Assembly: GCA_036170915.1 (NCBI GenBank)
Contig: JAVHQC010000006.1
Location: 96,001 to 160,000, forward strand
Reading direction: 5' to 3'
From: Cyanobacteria bacterium auto_48_18
GTDB taxonomy: Bacteria; Cyanobacteriota; Vampirovibrionia; Obscuribacterales; Obscuribacteraceae
DNA: 64,000 bases
Below, one piece after another: positions 27,927-38,483 of the stretch. The stretch's first letter is position 1; every line of letters begins with the position of its first letter. Under the pieces are notes generated by a model, which worked only from the letters and a program-made list of their open reading frames with translations, searched no databases and was not told where the DNA came from. A program made the position numbers and the translations under genes.

Positions 27927-28382
27927 ATGATTTCTCATACCGCTGAATACGCGCTGCGTGCAGTAATTTTCCTGGCTCAGGATTATCGCGGAGCGCACAC
28001 TGCGCAGGAGATTTCTCAGGCCACTCATGTTCCTCTGCCTTACTTGTCGAAAATTCTTAACGGTCTTGTGCGCACCACCCTGGTCACCTCACAGCGCGGC
28101 CTGGGCGGTGGATTTGCCCTGGCGGCTAATCCGAATAAACTTAGCTTGCTGACGATTATTGACGCTGTAGAACCAATTAAGCTTTGTGAGCAGTGTCCCA
28201 CCGGTTTGGGGCGAAAAAGGGGCAATAGCTGCCCTCTGCACGCTCTTTTAAATCAATCTGTGGAGCAAACCAGGGCAATTTTCGCTCAATCAACTGTGGG
28301 CGATTTACTTACCCAAGATAAACAAGCCAGGCAAAAACTTTGTGTTTTAACTAATGGCGCTAAATCAGTAAAGCGCAGCTAA
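27927..28382 (+). CDS. Rrf2 family transcriptional regulator
   Basis: TAEYALRA, YLSKIL, SQRGLGGGF, IIDAVE; CEQC...CPLH putative Fe-S ligands. Confidence 0.92.
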   Translation: MISHTAEYALRAVIFLAQDYRGAHTAQEISQATHVPLPYLSKILNGLVRTTLVTSQRGLGGGFALAANPNKLSLLTIIDAVEPIKLCEQCPTGLGRKRGNSCPLHALLNQSVEQTRAIFAQSTVGDLLTQDKQARQKLCVLTNGAKSVKRS

Positions 28383-28407
28383 TTCCTATTACGTATCATA
28401 TACAAAT

Positions 28408-29103
28408 TTAGGCAACGTGAACAATCGGACGTTTATCAGGTTCGCGCTCGTGCTCGCGTAATATTTCTCTGATCAAAGGAGCCGTTCCACCTTCACCGAA
28501 AAAGGCGTACTTGAGCGCGTAGGCCAGGGGATGACCTTCACTCCAGGAAAGGTAAATGTGAGGATTTTCGTGCTCTAAATCACGCAGATGCAGCAGCAGG
28601 GCGGCTATGGCATTGGCGGCAGCCGGTGACTTGCAGCGAAGCACGCGAAAATTCCCCTCAAGATGACCCGTGACAGTCAGACTGTCTTGATTCTCGGCCA
28701 GTATTGGTATTACTTCCACAAAAATAAAATCGCCTTCGTCTGCCTGAATGCTGTGTTTTCGCCTGGCGTCTTGCTGGATTTGTTCGTAATTTTTGTGGCC
28801 ATATCTCTGGGCCAATAGTCTAATGACGCCTAGATGTTTGGCGCCGGCTTCATCAACGAAACCTTTGGCCAGGTCGTCGAGTTGCACCGTTACGACTCGG
28901 CTTTCTCTTTTGCGCATGTACAGAGCCACGGTCACTACCAGAAAGATTGCCACTATGGCACCTGTAACCAGGCCGTCTGCCTCATCGAGATACCAGCCTA
29001 AAACACAGAGGGAAAGCACGGCAAAAAAGAGGCTCAAACCGATTAGCGATCGGCGTGTATAAACATTGAGCAGTATTTTTTGATTCTGGTTGTTGTCTGT
29101 CAT
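28408..29103 (-). CDS. Two-TM protein paralogous to the C-terminal domain of the upstream transporter
   Basis: Shares EGxFIFxEV, VLRCKS, NAIAA, EGHP, FFGEG, KRPxVHVA with 29118..31112. Confidence 0.8.
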   Translation of the reverse strand: MTDNNQNQKILLNVYTRRSLIGLSLFFAVLSLCVLGWYLDEADGLVTGAIVAIFLVVTVALYMRKRESRVVTVQLDDLAKGFVDEAGAKHLGVIRLLAQRYGHKNYEQIQQDARRKHSIQADEGDFIFVEVIPILAENQDSLTVTGHLEGNFRVLRCKSPAAANAIAALLLHLRDLEHENPHIYLSWSEGHPLAYALKYAFFGEGGTAPLIREILREHEREPDKRPIVHVA

Positions 29104-29117
29104 AAAGTTGTGTCTGA

Positions 29118-31112
29118 TCAGGCTACGTGAACTAGTGGTCTTTTGATATCATTCGGCTCAGTGTTGCGAATGATTTCTCGCGTCAGGGTGGCAGTTTCAC
29201 CCTCACCGAAAAATATGAACTTGAAGGTATAAACAATAGGGTGGCCTTCTGTCCAGCCCAAATAAACGTGCGGATTCTTTTTGGTTTTATCGCGAATGTG
29301 CAACAAGATTGCGGCAATGGCATTTGGCACAGCCAGGCTCTTACAACGCAGCACATGGTGGCCGTCAATTTCATGACCCGTCACTTCCAGTACGGTGTCA
29401 GAAAATTCTGAGACATCTTCTGTTTCAACTTCGAGGAAAATAAAATTGCCTTCGCGAGCCTGTATGCTGTGAATCATGCGGGCATGCGCTTCTTTCTCGC
29501 TGAGATCGGTGCTACCGGCGCGGCTGGCCAATAAGCGAATTTCGCCCCAGTGACTTTTGCAGGCAGCATTGATAAATTCAGTGGCTTTTTTATCGAGAGT
29601 TACAGTTTCTACTCGAAGCTCAGTAGAGCGGAAAGCTCGTGAAACAAACGAAGTCACCAGAATGCTGAAGACAAAGAACAGGGCGATGCGAACGCCTTCT
29701 GGTTTCTGAGTAATATTGACGATGGATGTCCAGATAAAAACAATACTGATAATTGAAAAAAGATACTTTTTAGGCAGACGAGTTTGCCATGATGTAATTG
29801 CTGAGGCTAGAGCAGCTGATGTAATCAACACCAGCACACCTGTGGCATAGGCCCCGGCCTGCGCGTCGACGTCGGCCTTGAATATAATCGTGACACCATA
29901 GGCGATGGCGGTGAAAAACATCACCAGGGGGCGCACAGCACCGGCCCATTCAGGTGCCATACCATAGCGAGGCAAATAGCGCGGCACCAGACTGAGCAAA
30001 CCAGCGATTGCCGAAGCGCCTGCAAACCAGAGAATCATTATGGTGCTGAAATCGTAAAAGGTGCCAAAAATTTCGCCCAGATGTGTGTGGGCCAGATAGG
30101 CCAGTGCTCGACCGTTGGCTTCGCCGCCTTCTTTATACAACTCAGCAGGAATGAGTAGCGTGGTGACCATGCTTGATGCCACCAGGTAATAACTCATAAT
30201 CAATGCGGCGGTGGTGAGTAAGTGTTTGGCATTGCGAATGCGCCCTGCCGGATTTTGCGGCGTGTCTGTGGCATCGCCGCGCACCATGGGCATCACCGCA
30301 ACGCCTGTTTCAAAACCCGACAAACCGAGAGCTAAGCTCGGAAAAAGCAGGCACGCGGTAGTGAGCATATTGAAGCCGTTGCCAAAATTGGTCACCAGTT
30401 TCTGCACCCAGTCGTTTAATAGCGCAGGGTGTGTTGCAATCTGCCACAAGCCCCAACCGACAATAACATTGGTCAAAAGCAGATAGATGCCGACGATCCA
30501 GACTGAGATACCAATAGCTTCTTTGAAGCCTTTGAGAAAAACGGCACCAAGGGTGGTTATTAATAGCAGAGTAACCAAGACTCTATTTTTCTGATGCATC
30601 CAGAATGGAATCAGTGGGTTTTCAAGTATATGCGCGGTGGCGTCCGCTGCCGATAGAGTGATTGTGATGATAAAACCGGTGGCGGCAAAGCCAAGTAAAA
30701 GCAAAACAATGGTTTTACCCCACCAGCCTGGCAGAAGGCCTTCTAGCATTGACACTGAGCCCTGGCCGTTCGGGCTGCGTTCGGCCACGAAGCAGTAGGC
30801 GGGAAGAGCACCGAAAAGTGTAACGATTACCAGCACAAGAGTAGCTACCGGCGACAAAATATTGGCCGCCAGAAAAGCAATGCCTGGTTGATACCCGAGG
30901 GTAGAGAAGTAATCTACGCCTGTCAGGCACATCACTTTCCACCAGGCATCTGTGTGATGCGTCTGGCTGTCCTTGTTCTTGAGGCCTTCCAGTAGCCACT
31001 TTTCAAATTTGTCAGGTTTCTTGGCGGCCAAGTTTAGCTCCCTTATCAACTGTAAGAGTATATCTTGCTCTGAGGGCTCAATGCTTATGTTTGCTCTGTT
31101 TACAAGAGGCAC
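29118..31112 (-). CDS. APC-superfamily (amino acid / cation) transporter
   Basis: About 12 [40 protein letters not shown]. Confidence 0.85.
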   Translation of the reverse strand: MPLVNRANISIEPSEQDILLQLIRELNLAAKKPDKFEKWLLEGLKNKDSQTHHTDAWWKVMCLTGVDYFSTLGYQPGIAFLAANILSPVATLVLVIVTLFGALPAYCFVAERSPNGQGSVSMLEGLLPGWWGKTIVLLLLGFAATGFIITITLSAADATAHILENPLIPFWMHQKNRVLVTLLLITTLGAVFLKGFKEAIGISVWIVGIYLLLTNVIVGWGLWQIATHPALLNDWVQKLVTNFGNGFNMLTTACLLFPSLALGLSGFETGVAVMPMVRGDATDTPQNPAGRIRNAKHLLTTAALIMSYYLVASSMVTTLLIPAELYKEGGEANGRALAYLAHTHLGEIFGTFYDFSTIMILWFAGASAIAGLLSLVPRYLPRYGMAPEWAGAVRPLVMFFTAIAYGVTIIFKADVDAQAGAYATGVLVLITSAALASAITSWQTRLPKKYLFSIISIVFIWTSIVNITQKPEGVRIALFFVFSILVTSFVSRAFRSTELRVETVTLDKKATEFINAACKSHWGEIRLLASRAGSTDLSEKEAHARMIHSIQAREGNFIFLEVETEDVSEFSDTVLEVTGHEIDGHHVLRCKSLAVPNAIAAILLHIRDKTKKNPHVYLGWTEGHPIVYTFKFIFFGEGETATLTREIIRNTEPNDIKRPLVHVA

Positions 31113-31179
31113 TAAATATCTTTGAATCTGTTATTAGTAGATGCATATGTAGATTTAAGCGGGTGGCGGAGACTTTCAA

Positions 31180-32973
31180 ATGTTTAGCGGCGGCCCGCCT
31201 GTCCACTTAATGTGGTCTAGCATGTATAACTCCGATAAAGCCAAGCTCAAGCGTAAGGTTGAGTGGCGGCGTATTGCCGCGCTTTTTGCCCCTTACTGGA
31301 AGCTCGAGCTTGCCGTAATCGGGTCCATTATTGTTTCATCAACCCTGGGCCTCGCCCCGCCGCTGCTTACACTGGCCATTATCGACAAAGCTCTACCGAG
31401 CCACAACTTTCCCCTTCTTTGCTGGCTGGTGGCGGCTATGGTGGCATCAGCCTTTCTTGCCGGGCTGGTTGGGGTCTATCAAGGATATTTAAATTCGAAA
31501 GTGGGCGAAGGTATTGTGCGTGACTTGCACACTAACTTAGTTTCGCATCTGCATCGTATGCCTGTTTCATTTTTTACCAGTACTAAGACCGGCGAAATCA
31601 TGAATCGCGTCAGCAGCGATGTGGAAAGTGTTGACGGCGTGATTACTGGCACCATTGTATCCATTGCTACGAATATCATTACTATTATTACTACACTGAT
31701 AGCCATATTCGCACTCAATGTTAGCCTTGCGGTGGTCTCGATTGTAGTAGTGCCACTGATGGTAGTACCGCTCTGGCCTGTGGGCCGTCGCATGTATGAC
31801 GCCCGCAAAAAGACGAGAACCAAACGCGATCAAATTCAAGCTGCTACTCAGGAGACTCTTTCTGTCTCGGGTACTGTTCTGGTTAAGTCATTTGTCAAAG
31901 AAGATTATGAACGTAAGCGCTTTTATAATCTGGCTTCAGAACTGATGGATTTAGAAATAAATGTAGCGATGATCGGCCGCTGGTTTATGATGGCAATTAC
32001 AGCCATGGTTACTATCGGACCAGCGATTATCTGGCTCGCCGGCGGCTGGCTGGCCATCTATCACGGTATCACCATTGGTGTGCTGGTCAGTTTTGTCGCT
32101 TTGATAGGCAGGCTCTATACGCCCGTGTCGGCCCTTGCCGGCGTGCAAATACAAGTGGTCAGCGCACTGGCTGTTTTTGAGCGTATCTTTGATTATCTTG
32201 ATATGACCGAAGAACAAGATTTGCCTGAAGCGCAAGCTCTAGACCAAAATCAATTAATGGGTAAGGTCGAATTTGAACACGTCACTTTTCACTACCCGTC
32301 AAAACGCGCTGGTGTAGAAGATTTGAATCTGGTTATTGATCCAGGTCAGATGGTAGCCTTTGTGGGCCCCTCCGGGGCTGGAAAATCGACCATCACCAAT
32401 TTGCTTACCAGGCTGTGGGAGATTGATGAAGGCCGCATTTTAGTAGACGATAGAGATACTAAGCTAATCACTCGCGACTCACTGCGGGAAAATATCGGCA
32501 TAGTGACGCAAGAAACTTATTTGTTTCATGACACCATCGCAGCCAACCTTCGTTATGCCAAAGTCGATGCGTCGTTAAGTGAGCTGGAAGATGCCTGTCG
32601 CGCTGCTAACATTCATGAGCTGATTGCAAGCATGCCGGAAGGTTACGAGACCATCGTGGGCGAACGGGGGCACAAGCTTAGTGGCGGTGAAAGGCAGCGT
32701 CTGGCTATTGCCCGTGTGCTGTTGAAAAATCCGCGCATTCTTATTTTAGATGAAGCCACAAGCTCTTTAGATAACGAGAATGAAGCGATGATTCAAGCAG
32801 CGCTCGTGCCTTTGATGATCGGCCGCACATCGCTGGTGGTGGCACACCGTTTAAGCACAATCATTAATGCCGACAAGATTTTTGTTATGGAAAATGGGCG
32901 CATAGTTGAAAGCGGCACGCATAAAGAGCTGCTCGCCGCGGAAGGCGTTTATGCGCGTTTGTATTTTAGGTAA
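31180..32973 (+). CDS. ABC exporter, fused permease/ATPase
   Basis: TM domain; GPSGAGKST, LSGGERQR, ILDEATS, AHRLST. Confidence 0.95.
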   Translation: MFSGGPPVHLMWSSMYNSDKAKLKRKVEWRRIAALFAPYWKLELAVIGSIIVSSTLGLAPPLLTLAIIDKALPSHNFPLLCWLVAAMVASAFLAGLVGVYQGYLNSKVGEGIVRDLHTNLVSHLHRMPVSFFTSTKTGEIMNRVSSDVESVDGVITGTIVSIATNIITIITTLIAIFALNVSLAVVSIVVVPLMVVPLWPVGRRMYDARKKTRTKRDQIQAATQETLSVSGTVLVKSFVKEDYERKRFYNLASELMDLEINVAMIGRWFMMAITAMVTIGPAIIWLAGGWLAIYHGITIGVLVSFVALIGRLYTPVSALAGVQIQVVSALAVFERIFDYLDMTEEQDLPEAQALDQNQLMGKVEFEHVTFHYPSKRAGVEDLNLVIDPGQMVAFVGPSGAGKSTITNLLTRLWEIDEGRILVDDRDTKLITRDSLRENIGIVTQETYLFHDTIAANLRYAKVDASLSELEDACRAANIHELIASMPEGYETIVGERGHKLSGGERQRLAIARVLLKNPRILILDEATSSLDNENEAMIQAALVPLMIGRTSLVVAHRLSTIINADKIFVMENGRIVESGTHKELLAAEGVYARLYFR

Positions 32974-32996
32974 ATTTTGGGGTGTGGCCGTTCAGG

Positions 32997-33042
32997 GTTG
33001 AGCTGAGCTGAGTTGAGCTGAGTTGAGTTGAGTTGAGTTGAG
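32997..33042 (+). repeat. Pentanucleotide microsatellite (G[T/C]TGA)x9
   Basis: gttga gctga gctga gttga gctga gttga gttga gttga gttga. Confidence 0.9.
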
Positions 33043-33061
33043 ACCTATGTCAGTTTTTAAA

Positions 33062-33114
33062 GCCTAAGAAATTTTACAACCGATGGGTTGTATGAATTTA
33101 CAACTTGTAAGTTG
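33062..33114. repeat. Dispersed palindromic intergenic element, copy 1
   Basis: GCCTAAG...TACAAC-N6-GTTGTA-N6-TACAAC-N6-GTTG; ungapped match to 51506..51558. Confidence 0.75.
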
Positions 33115-33130
33115 TAGATTCATGCCGTTG

Positions 33131-35245
33131 TTATTGCTGGTCCCAGTGATATTCAGTAACGCCTCTTTGTGAACGTACTTGCGTACTAGCCGCAGTACTT
33201 GCTGGCCTCGCTGTTTGCTGAGTCGCTGGAGCATAATTGGCAGCGGCACTGGGATCAATTTCACTATATGGCACATCGTTACTGTGGCTGATAGGCTTCG
33301 AATTGACTTTGTTGTAGTCGGCAGGGGCGACAGCATAGCGCGAAGTCAATAACATTCCGGCCGGTGTGGGCACGCTATTGTAATAGCGTTGGTTATATTG
33401 CCTGAAGACCCTGGCCATCACTGTTCCGCCGGTAACATGCTTGCCAGCTACCGGGCTTTTCTCATCGCCACCGCCCCACACCGCAGTCACCATATCTGGT
33501 GTGAAGCCGACAAACCATATACTTTTTGATTTGTCGGCAGTGCCTGTTTTTCCGGCCACAGGTCGCCCGGCCAACTTGGCCTGAGTGCCTGTGCCGCGGC
33601 GCACCACTTCAGTAAGAATATCTATCAGCCAGGTCGTTTGTTCTTCAGGAAAAACGCGGTGAACCATGGGCACATAAGTGTCGAGTAGTTGGCCACGGCT
33701 GTCTTTTACTTCACGAATCATCCAGGGTGCAATGGCTACGCCGCCTCGGGCAATAGTGCCGTATGCCGCAGCTAGTTCTAGAGGTGTGACTGCCGAACTA
33801 CCAAGGGCCAGAGCAATTGTTGGTGCCAGCTCGCTCTTTATTCCTGCTGCTCTCAGTGTGCTGATGGAATTGGCAATGCCCACTTGATCCATGACGCGAA
33901 TGGTGCACATATTGCGCGACTGGCACAGTGCCTCGCGCACAGTGATGTCGCCCATATATTTTCCGTCGTAGTTTTTGGGTGCCCACTCCTCTCCAGTTTC
34001 TTGCGTCATTTTGTACGGCATGTCTTGCACAGTGCTCTCAGGAGTGAGAATACCAGCCATAAAAGCAGTGAGGTAAATAAATGGCTTTAGTGAAGAGCCT
34101 GCTGTGTGCGGGTTAACTGCGCTATTCCATTGATTGTCCCAGTAATCATGAGCCCCGCCAACAAGAGCGCGAACAGAACCATCTTTTACCGATAAGCTCA
34201 CCAGTGCTTCTTCTTCAATGCCGGGTGGTGCGCGTCTAATTTCAGAAGCCAGCACTTGCTCTGCCGCTTCTTGAGCCACCGGATCAAGGGTGGTAAAAAT
34301 TTCGAGCCCATTTACACCAATGGTGCGCTGATCGAATTGCCTGCGTACCGTCTCTAAAACTAGAGCAGTAAAATAAGGGTTATGTTTAAATGGCTGACTT
34401 GGTTTCGCCACCTGTGCACGTTTAAAAACCAGTGGCTTAGATTCAGCTACTAAACATTCGCTGTCAGTGATAAAGCCACATTCAACCATCGCTCGCAACA
34501 CTTGTTTTTGTCTGTCGATGGCTTCTGCGCGGTGATCTTTGCCACCTAAAAATGAGGGCTGGCGAATGATACCAGCGAGAAAGGCTGATTCAGAAATAGA
34601 GAGATTGCTGGCATTCTTACCAAAATAATTTTGCGCTGCTTGCTGAATACCGCGAGAGCCATTGCCAAAATAAATTTCACTCAAGTAGATAGAAAATATT
34701 TGTTGCTTGGTATATTTTTCTTCCAGCCGATAGGCGGCAACAACCTCTGCCAGCTTGGTTACAGCATTGCGTTTAAGTTCGGGGAAAAACAAATTCTTAG
34801 CTAGCTGTTGCGTAATTGTAGAGCCGCCTTCCACCATGCGTAGTGCCTTTGCATTAGCAATTGATGCGCGCAAAACGTCCTGAAAACTAATGGCTCCGTG
34901 GCTGTAAAAATTCTTGTCTTCAGCAGCCAGTACCGCTTGCTGCATAGAAAGCGGCACTTGCTTAAAGGGAATAATTGTGCGCGGCATGCCTAAATTGATA
35001 CGTTCAATTAGTTTGTCATTGCGATCATAAATTGAAATAGAATCAACTGGTTTATAGCTTTTTAGATAATCAATATTGGGCAGTCGGTTTACTTCTTGAA
35101 CGACGAGCAAACCGATTACCGTGCCGCCCAGGGTAGCCATCACCAGGCCGATTTGAGCCAACATAATAAAGATCGTCCAGCTCGACTTGAGAAAATCTCT
35201 CATGCCGCCCATATCGTTCATTTCTCTTAAATTTTTTGGCCGCAT
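33131..35245 (-). CDS. Class A penicillin-binding protein (PBP1A family)
   Basis: AEDKNFY, GSTITQQLAKN, GSSLK (SxxK), SRN, KTGT. Confidence 0.95.
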   Translation of the reverse strand: MRPKNLREMNDMGGMRDFLKSSWTIFIMLAQIGLVMATLGGTVIGLLVVQEVNRLPNIDYLKSYKPVDSISIYDRNDKLIERINLGMPRTIIPFKQVPLSMQQAVLAAEDKNFYSHGAISFQDVLRASIANAKALRMVEGGSTITQQLAKNLFFPELKRNAVTKLAEVVAAYRLEEKYTKQQIFSIYLSEIYFGNGSRGIQQAAQNYFGKNASNLSISESAFLAGIIRQPSFLGGKDHRAEAIDRQKQVLRAMVECGFITDSECLVAESKPLVFKRAQVAKPSQPFKHNPYFTALVLETVRRQFDQRTIGVNGLEIFTTLDPVAQEAAEQVLASEIRRAPPGIEEEALVSLSVKDGSVRALVGGAHDYWDNQWNSAVNPHTAGSSLKPFIYLTAFMAGILTPESTVQDMPYKMTQETGEEWAPKNYDGKYMGDITVREALCQSRNMCTIRVMDQVGIANSISTLRAAGIKSELAPTIALALGSSAVTPLELAAAYGTIARGGVAIAPWMIREVKDSRGQLLDTYVPMVHRVFPEEQTTWLIDILTEVVRRGTGTQAKLAGRPVAGKTGTADKSKSIWFVGFTPDMVTAVWGGGDEKSPVAGKHVTGGTVMARVFRQYNQRYYNSVPTPAGMLLTSRYAVAPADYNKVNSKPISHSNDVPYSEIDPSAAANYAPATQQTARPASTAASTQVRSQRGVTEYHWDQQ

Positions 35246-35252
35246 CAGAGTG

Positions 35253-36146
35253 TTAGTTCTGCTTGATGTTTAGTTGTGCCTGATACCACGATCGTATCGA
35301 TGGATCTATCGTAAATGCTTTTTCGAAATCTAGCGCGCTCTTCGATCGGCTACGCTCGTCATCTTTAAGGGCGTGTAAAAAGGCGCGGTGAAAGTAAGCC
35401 TGTGCGCATTGCGGATTGATTTTGATGGCTTTATTTAAGTCAATCATGGCGGCGTCAGGTAAACCCATTTCATCAAGCAAACGACCGCGACTCAAGTAAT
35501 TAGTCCATTCTTCGGGCTCGCTATCAATGACGGCGTTAAAATCTTGCAAAGCTTCTTTAGGTTTGTTCAATTTCCATAAACTATGGGCCCGGTAGTAAAG
35601 ATCAGGCTCAAAAGCCGGGCTCAGTTGTACGGCCTTGGTGATATCTGCTACTGCTTCCTGGAACTTTTCCATGCGATAGTGCAGCTGTCCGCGATAGCTA
35701 TACAGGCTCGGTGAGTCGTCCTTAATAGCAATGGCATTATGATAATCAGTTAGTGCCAGACTTAACTGCCCGAGATCATTGTGAATTTCGGCTTTGGCAG
35801 AAATAATAATCACAAGCAAACTGTCGCTGTCTGTGAGTGTGGTGGCAACTTCGACGCATTTGAGCCCTTCTTCAGAGCGGCCCATCTGGTGCAAACACAG
35901 CCCCTTATTCATGTATGCAAGCGGGCTGCGTTCAACTGCAATTACCGCCTCAAAATCTTTGATGGCCACTTTATAGCGCCCGGCCATCATCAGCGCATTG
36001 CCGCGATTAAGCTGAGCCTGCCAGAGGCTTGGGTTAGCCTCAAGTGCGTGCGTAAAGCAAAGCGCCGCTTCGTTAGGGCATTGCTTTTGCAAATACATAA
36101 AACCTTGCTGAAAATGTCTGCTGGCTTCTGTGTCGTTCATTTTCAA
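35253..36146 (-). CDS. TPR protein
   Basis: Repeated AYxNRG / A..D...AI TPR motifs. Confidence 0.88.
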   Translation of the reverse strand: MKMNDTEASRHFQQGFMYLQKQCPNEAALCFTHALEANPSLWQAQLNRGNALMMAGRYKVAIKDFEAVIAVERSPLAYMNKGLCLHQMGRSEEGLKCVEVATTLTDSDSLLVIIISAKAEIHNDLGQLSLALTDYHNAIAIKDDSPSLYSYRGQLHYRMEKFQEAVADITKAVQLSPAFEPDLYYRAHSLWKLNKPKEALQDFNAVIDSEPEEWTNYLSRGRLLDEMGLPDAAMIDLNKAIKINPQCAQAYFHRAFLHALKDDERSRSKSALDFEKAFTIDPSIRSWYQAQLNIKQN

Positions 36147-36201
36147 CTCGGGCTGGTAAGGGCTGGTATGCCCTATTTATACCGTATTACGCTGGGCACA
36201 T

Positions 36202-37032
36202 TTACTTGCTGAACCAATCTATTAGCAGACTGGCGAGTTCATCTGGTTTATCTAGCGGAATCCAGTGGCCACAGTGCTCGAAGCGCTCATAACGCCACTT
36301 TGCATCAACGTACTTTTCGCTACTGGTCATTTGGTCTTCGGCCAGAGCCGGGTCAGGGCCGTAGACGCCCAAAGTGGGTACCTGGCAGTGTGGAGTCTTG
36401 GCAAAAAATAGCTGCAATATATTGGCCCGGTACCAGTTAAAACCAGCAGTGAGGCGACCTGGCCTGCTTAGCTCCATAATCCACTGTTGTACGCCGGGAG
36501 TTTTTCCGGCCATGCGACGCACTGCTTTCCAGTTATCGCGTTTGAAGGCGGCCTCAGCAATGCCTGGCAAAAGAAAAAGCCCGATGTACCAGCCTTTAAG
36601 TTTTTGCTCTAGGCCGGCAAAGCGATATGCCATAGGGTGCCCAACCGATATCACCACAAGTTTTTCTACCAGTTCCGGATGCCTTATGGCCAAAAGCCAG
36701 GCGATTATGGCACCCCAGTCATGGCCTACCAGGTGAACCTTTTGCTCGACACCCAAAACCTTGAGTAGCTCAACGGCGTCATTGAGAATTTCGTTCAGTT
36801 TGTAAGCGCTTTTGGATGGTGGTGCGTCAGACTCGCCATAACCGCGCTGGTCATAAGCGATAACTTCAAAGCCGGCTTCGACAAGCGGTGGTGCAACCTT
36901 AGACCAGAGCTGAAGCGAATTGGGGAAACCATGCAGCATCAGCACCGGCGCACCACTACCGGCACGACCAACGTTTAAGGTGATGCCGTTGACCAAAATT
37001 CTTTGCTTGGTTAAGTCTGTACTGTCCGGCAA
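36202..37032 (-). CDS. Alpha/beta hydrolase (epoxide hydrolase-like)
   Basis: HGFP, DQRGYG, GHDWGA, GHWIP; TTG start with GGAG inferred. Confidence 0.9.
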   Translation of the reverse strand: MPDSTDLTKQRILVNGITLNVGRAGSGAPVLMLHGFPNSLQLWSKVAPPLVEAGFEVIAYDQRGYGESDAPPSKSAYKLNEILNDAVELLKVLGVEQKVHLVGHDWGAIIAWLLAIRHPELVEKLVVISVGHPMAYRFAGLEQKLKGWYIGLFLLPGIAEAAFKRDNWKAVRRMAGKTPGVQQWIMELSRPGRLTAGFNWYRANILQLFFAKTPHCQVPTLGVYGPDPALAEDQMTSSEKYVDAKWRYERFEHCGHWIPLDKPDELASLLIDWFSK

Positions 37033-37130
37033 TGGTGAACTCCGCTTTGTACTAAACAATAAATAAAGCACAAATGGAACCAAAAACATACGTTGGCGTC
37101 ACAGGCGCGGTGATAACTAAAGAGAAGAGC

Positions 37131-37520
37131 TTGAAGATTGGCGACAGCGCTAGAGTTACTCGCGATAAGTTAGTGGCGCGCATCATGCAGGGCGTATTTG
37201 TGCTTGTGCCCTTTGTGGCAGGACTCGATAAATTTTTCAATTTGATGACTAACTGGGAGCGCTACGTTTCGTCCCTGGTCTTACAAATTGTGCCATTTTC
37301 AGCTCATCAGATTATGGTGGCATCGGGGCCGGTTGAGATGGCCATCGGCATTCTTGTAGCGGTTAAACCCAGGCTTGGATCACTGGCAGTGGCAATAATG
37401 CTCATAGGCATCGCGGTCAATCTGCTTACCATGCCCGATCAATTGCACATTGCTTTTCTCGATTTGAGTTTGGCTGTGCTGGCAATGGCGCTATTTGCGT
37501 TGAGTAAGGATGTTGACTGA
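37131..37520 (+). CDS. DoxX-like membrane protein
   Basis: VPFVAGLDKFFNLMTNWERY, GPVEMAIG; 3-4 TM; start uncertain. Confidence 0.75.
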   Translation: MKIGDSARVTRDKLVARIMQGVFVLVPFVAGLDKFFNLMTNWERYVSSLVLQIVPFSAHQIMVASGPVEMAIGILVAVKPRLGSLAVAIMLIGIAVNLLTMPDQLHIAFLDLSLAVLAMALFALSKDVD

Positions 37521-37565
37521 CATTTTAAAAGACGAATTAAAGAAACATGCTGCGGGATATGTTTT

Positions 37566-37595
37566 AGAAAAAATACCTCCGGAGGTATTTTTTCT
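37566..37595. terminator. Perfect 30-bp palindrome, probable bidirectional intrinsic terminator (or operator)
   Basis: AGAAAAAATACCTCC|GGAGGTATTTTTTCT. Confidence 0.6.
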
Positions 37596-37650
37596 GCAGA
37601 AGACTGACAGTCACCTTATGAAACATAAGCAGGTGTGAGACAATCACCTC

Positions 37651-38475
37651 ATGTGCGGACGCTACACTCTATCCCATTCTACAGAAGAGATACTGGCTCA
37701 CTTTGCCGTTGCCAGTCTTGCGCTGCCCATTGCCCCTCGTTATAACATCGGGCCCTTTCAGTGGGTGCCAATTGTTATTTCAAATCGCGCCCCTGAAGGA
37801 GGCCGACTTATAGAAGCGGCGCGCTGGGGTTTTCTGCCTGGTTGGGTGCGCGACAGCAAGAAAAATCCGCCCATGATTAATGCACGCAGCGAATCAATTG
37901 CGGTGAAGCCATTCTTCCGCACTTCATTTGCTGCACGAAGGTGCATTGTTCCGGCAGATGGTTTTTACGAGTGGGAAGGCCAGGCTAAAAATCGCAAACC
38001 CTGGCGCATTCGTTTGAAAGACCAGAGCCTCATGGGTTTTGCCGGCCTTTATGAAGACTGGTCATCCACTGACGGTGACGAGATTCGCACTTGCGCCATT
38101 ATTACTACGGCCGCAAACAACAAAATGTCGCGCTTTCATGACCGTATGCCGGTGATTTTGCCAAGACAATTAGAGAGCGACTGGCTCAATCCACAAAATA
38201 AAAATTTGGCGCAACTCGAATCAATGCTCAAGCCTTATCCTGATGATTTGATTGACATTTACCGCGTCTCTACCGACGTCAACGGCACCGGCACTGATAC
38301 CAGAGATTTGATTGTACCAATCGATATTGCTGCTGAAACAGCTGCCGAAGCAGCTGCACAGGCAGAAGAACACGCTGCAGCCGCAGCTGCTAAAGCGAGC
38401 AAGGCTGAGGCCAGAGCGGCTGCTAAAAAGCAACCGCTCGATAATGGCCAGCTCAGTCTATTTAGTGACCTCTAA
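37651..38475 (+). CDS. SOS response-associated peptidase (SRAP / YedK / HMCES family), abasic-site processing
   Basis: N-terminal MCGRY, RYNI, INARSE, RCIVPADGFYEW, HDRMPVIL. Confidence 0.95.
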   Translation: MCGRYTLSHSTEEILAHFAVASLALPIAPRYNIGPFQWVPIVISNRAPEGGRLIEAARWGFLPGWVRDSKKNPPMINARSESIAVKPFFRTSFAARRCIVPADGFYEWEGQAKNRKPWRIRLKDQSLMGFAGLYEDWSSTDGDEIRTCAIITTAANNKMSRFHDRMPVILPRQLESDWLNPQNKNLAQLESMLKPYPDDLIDIYRVSTDVNGTGTDTRDLIVPIDIAAETAAEAAAQAEEHAAAAAAKASKAEARAAAKKQPLDNGQLSLFSDL

Positions 38476-38483
38476 AAACTAAA

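Noticed and set aside
33062..33114. Integron attC site or CRISPR repeat
   Set aside because: Lacks RYYYAAC/GTTRRRY ends; no integrase; copies are 18 kb apart with no spacer array.
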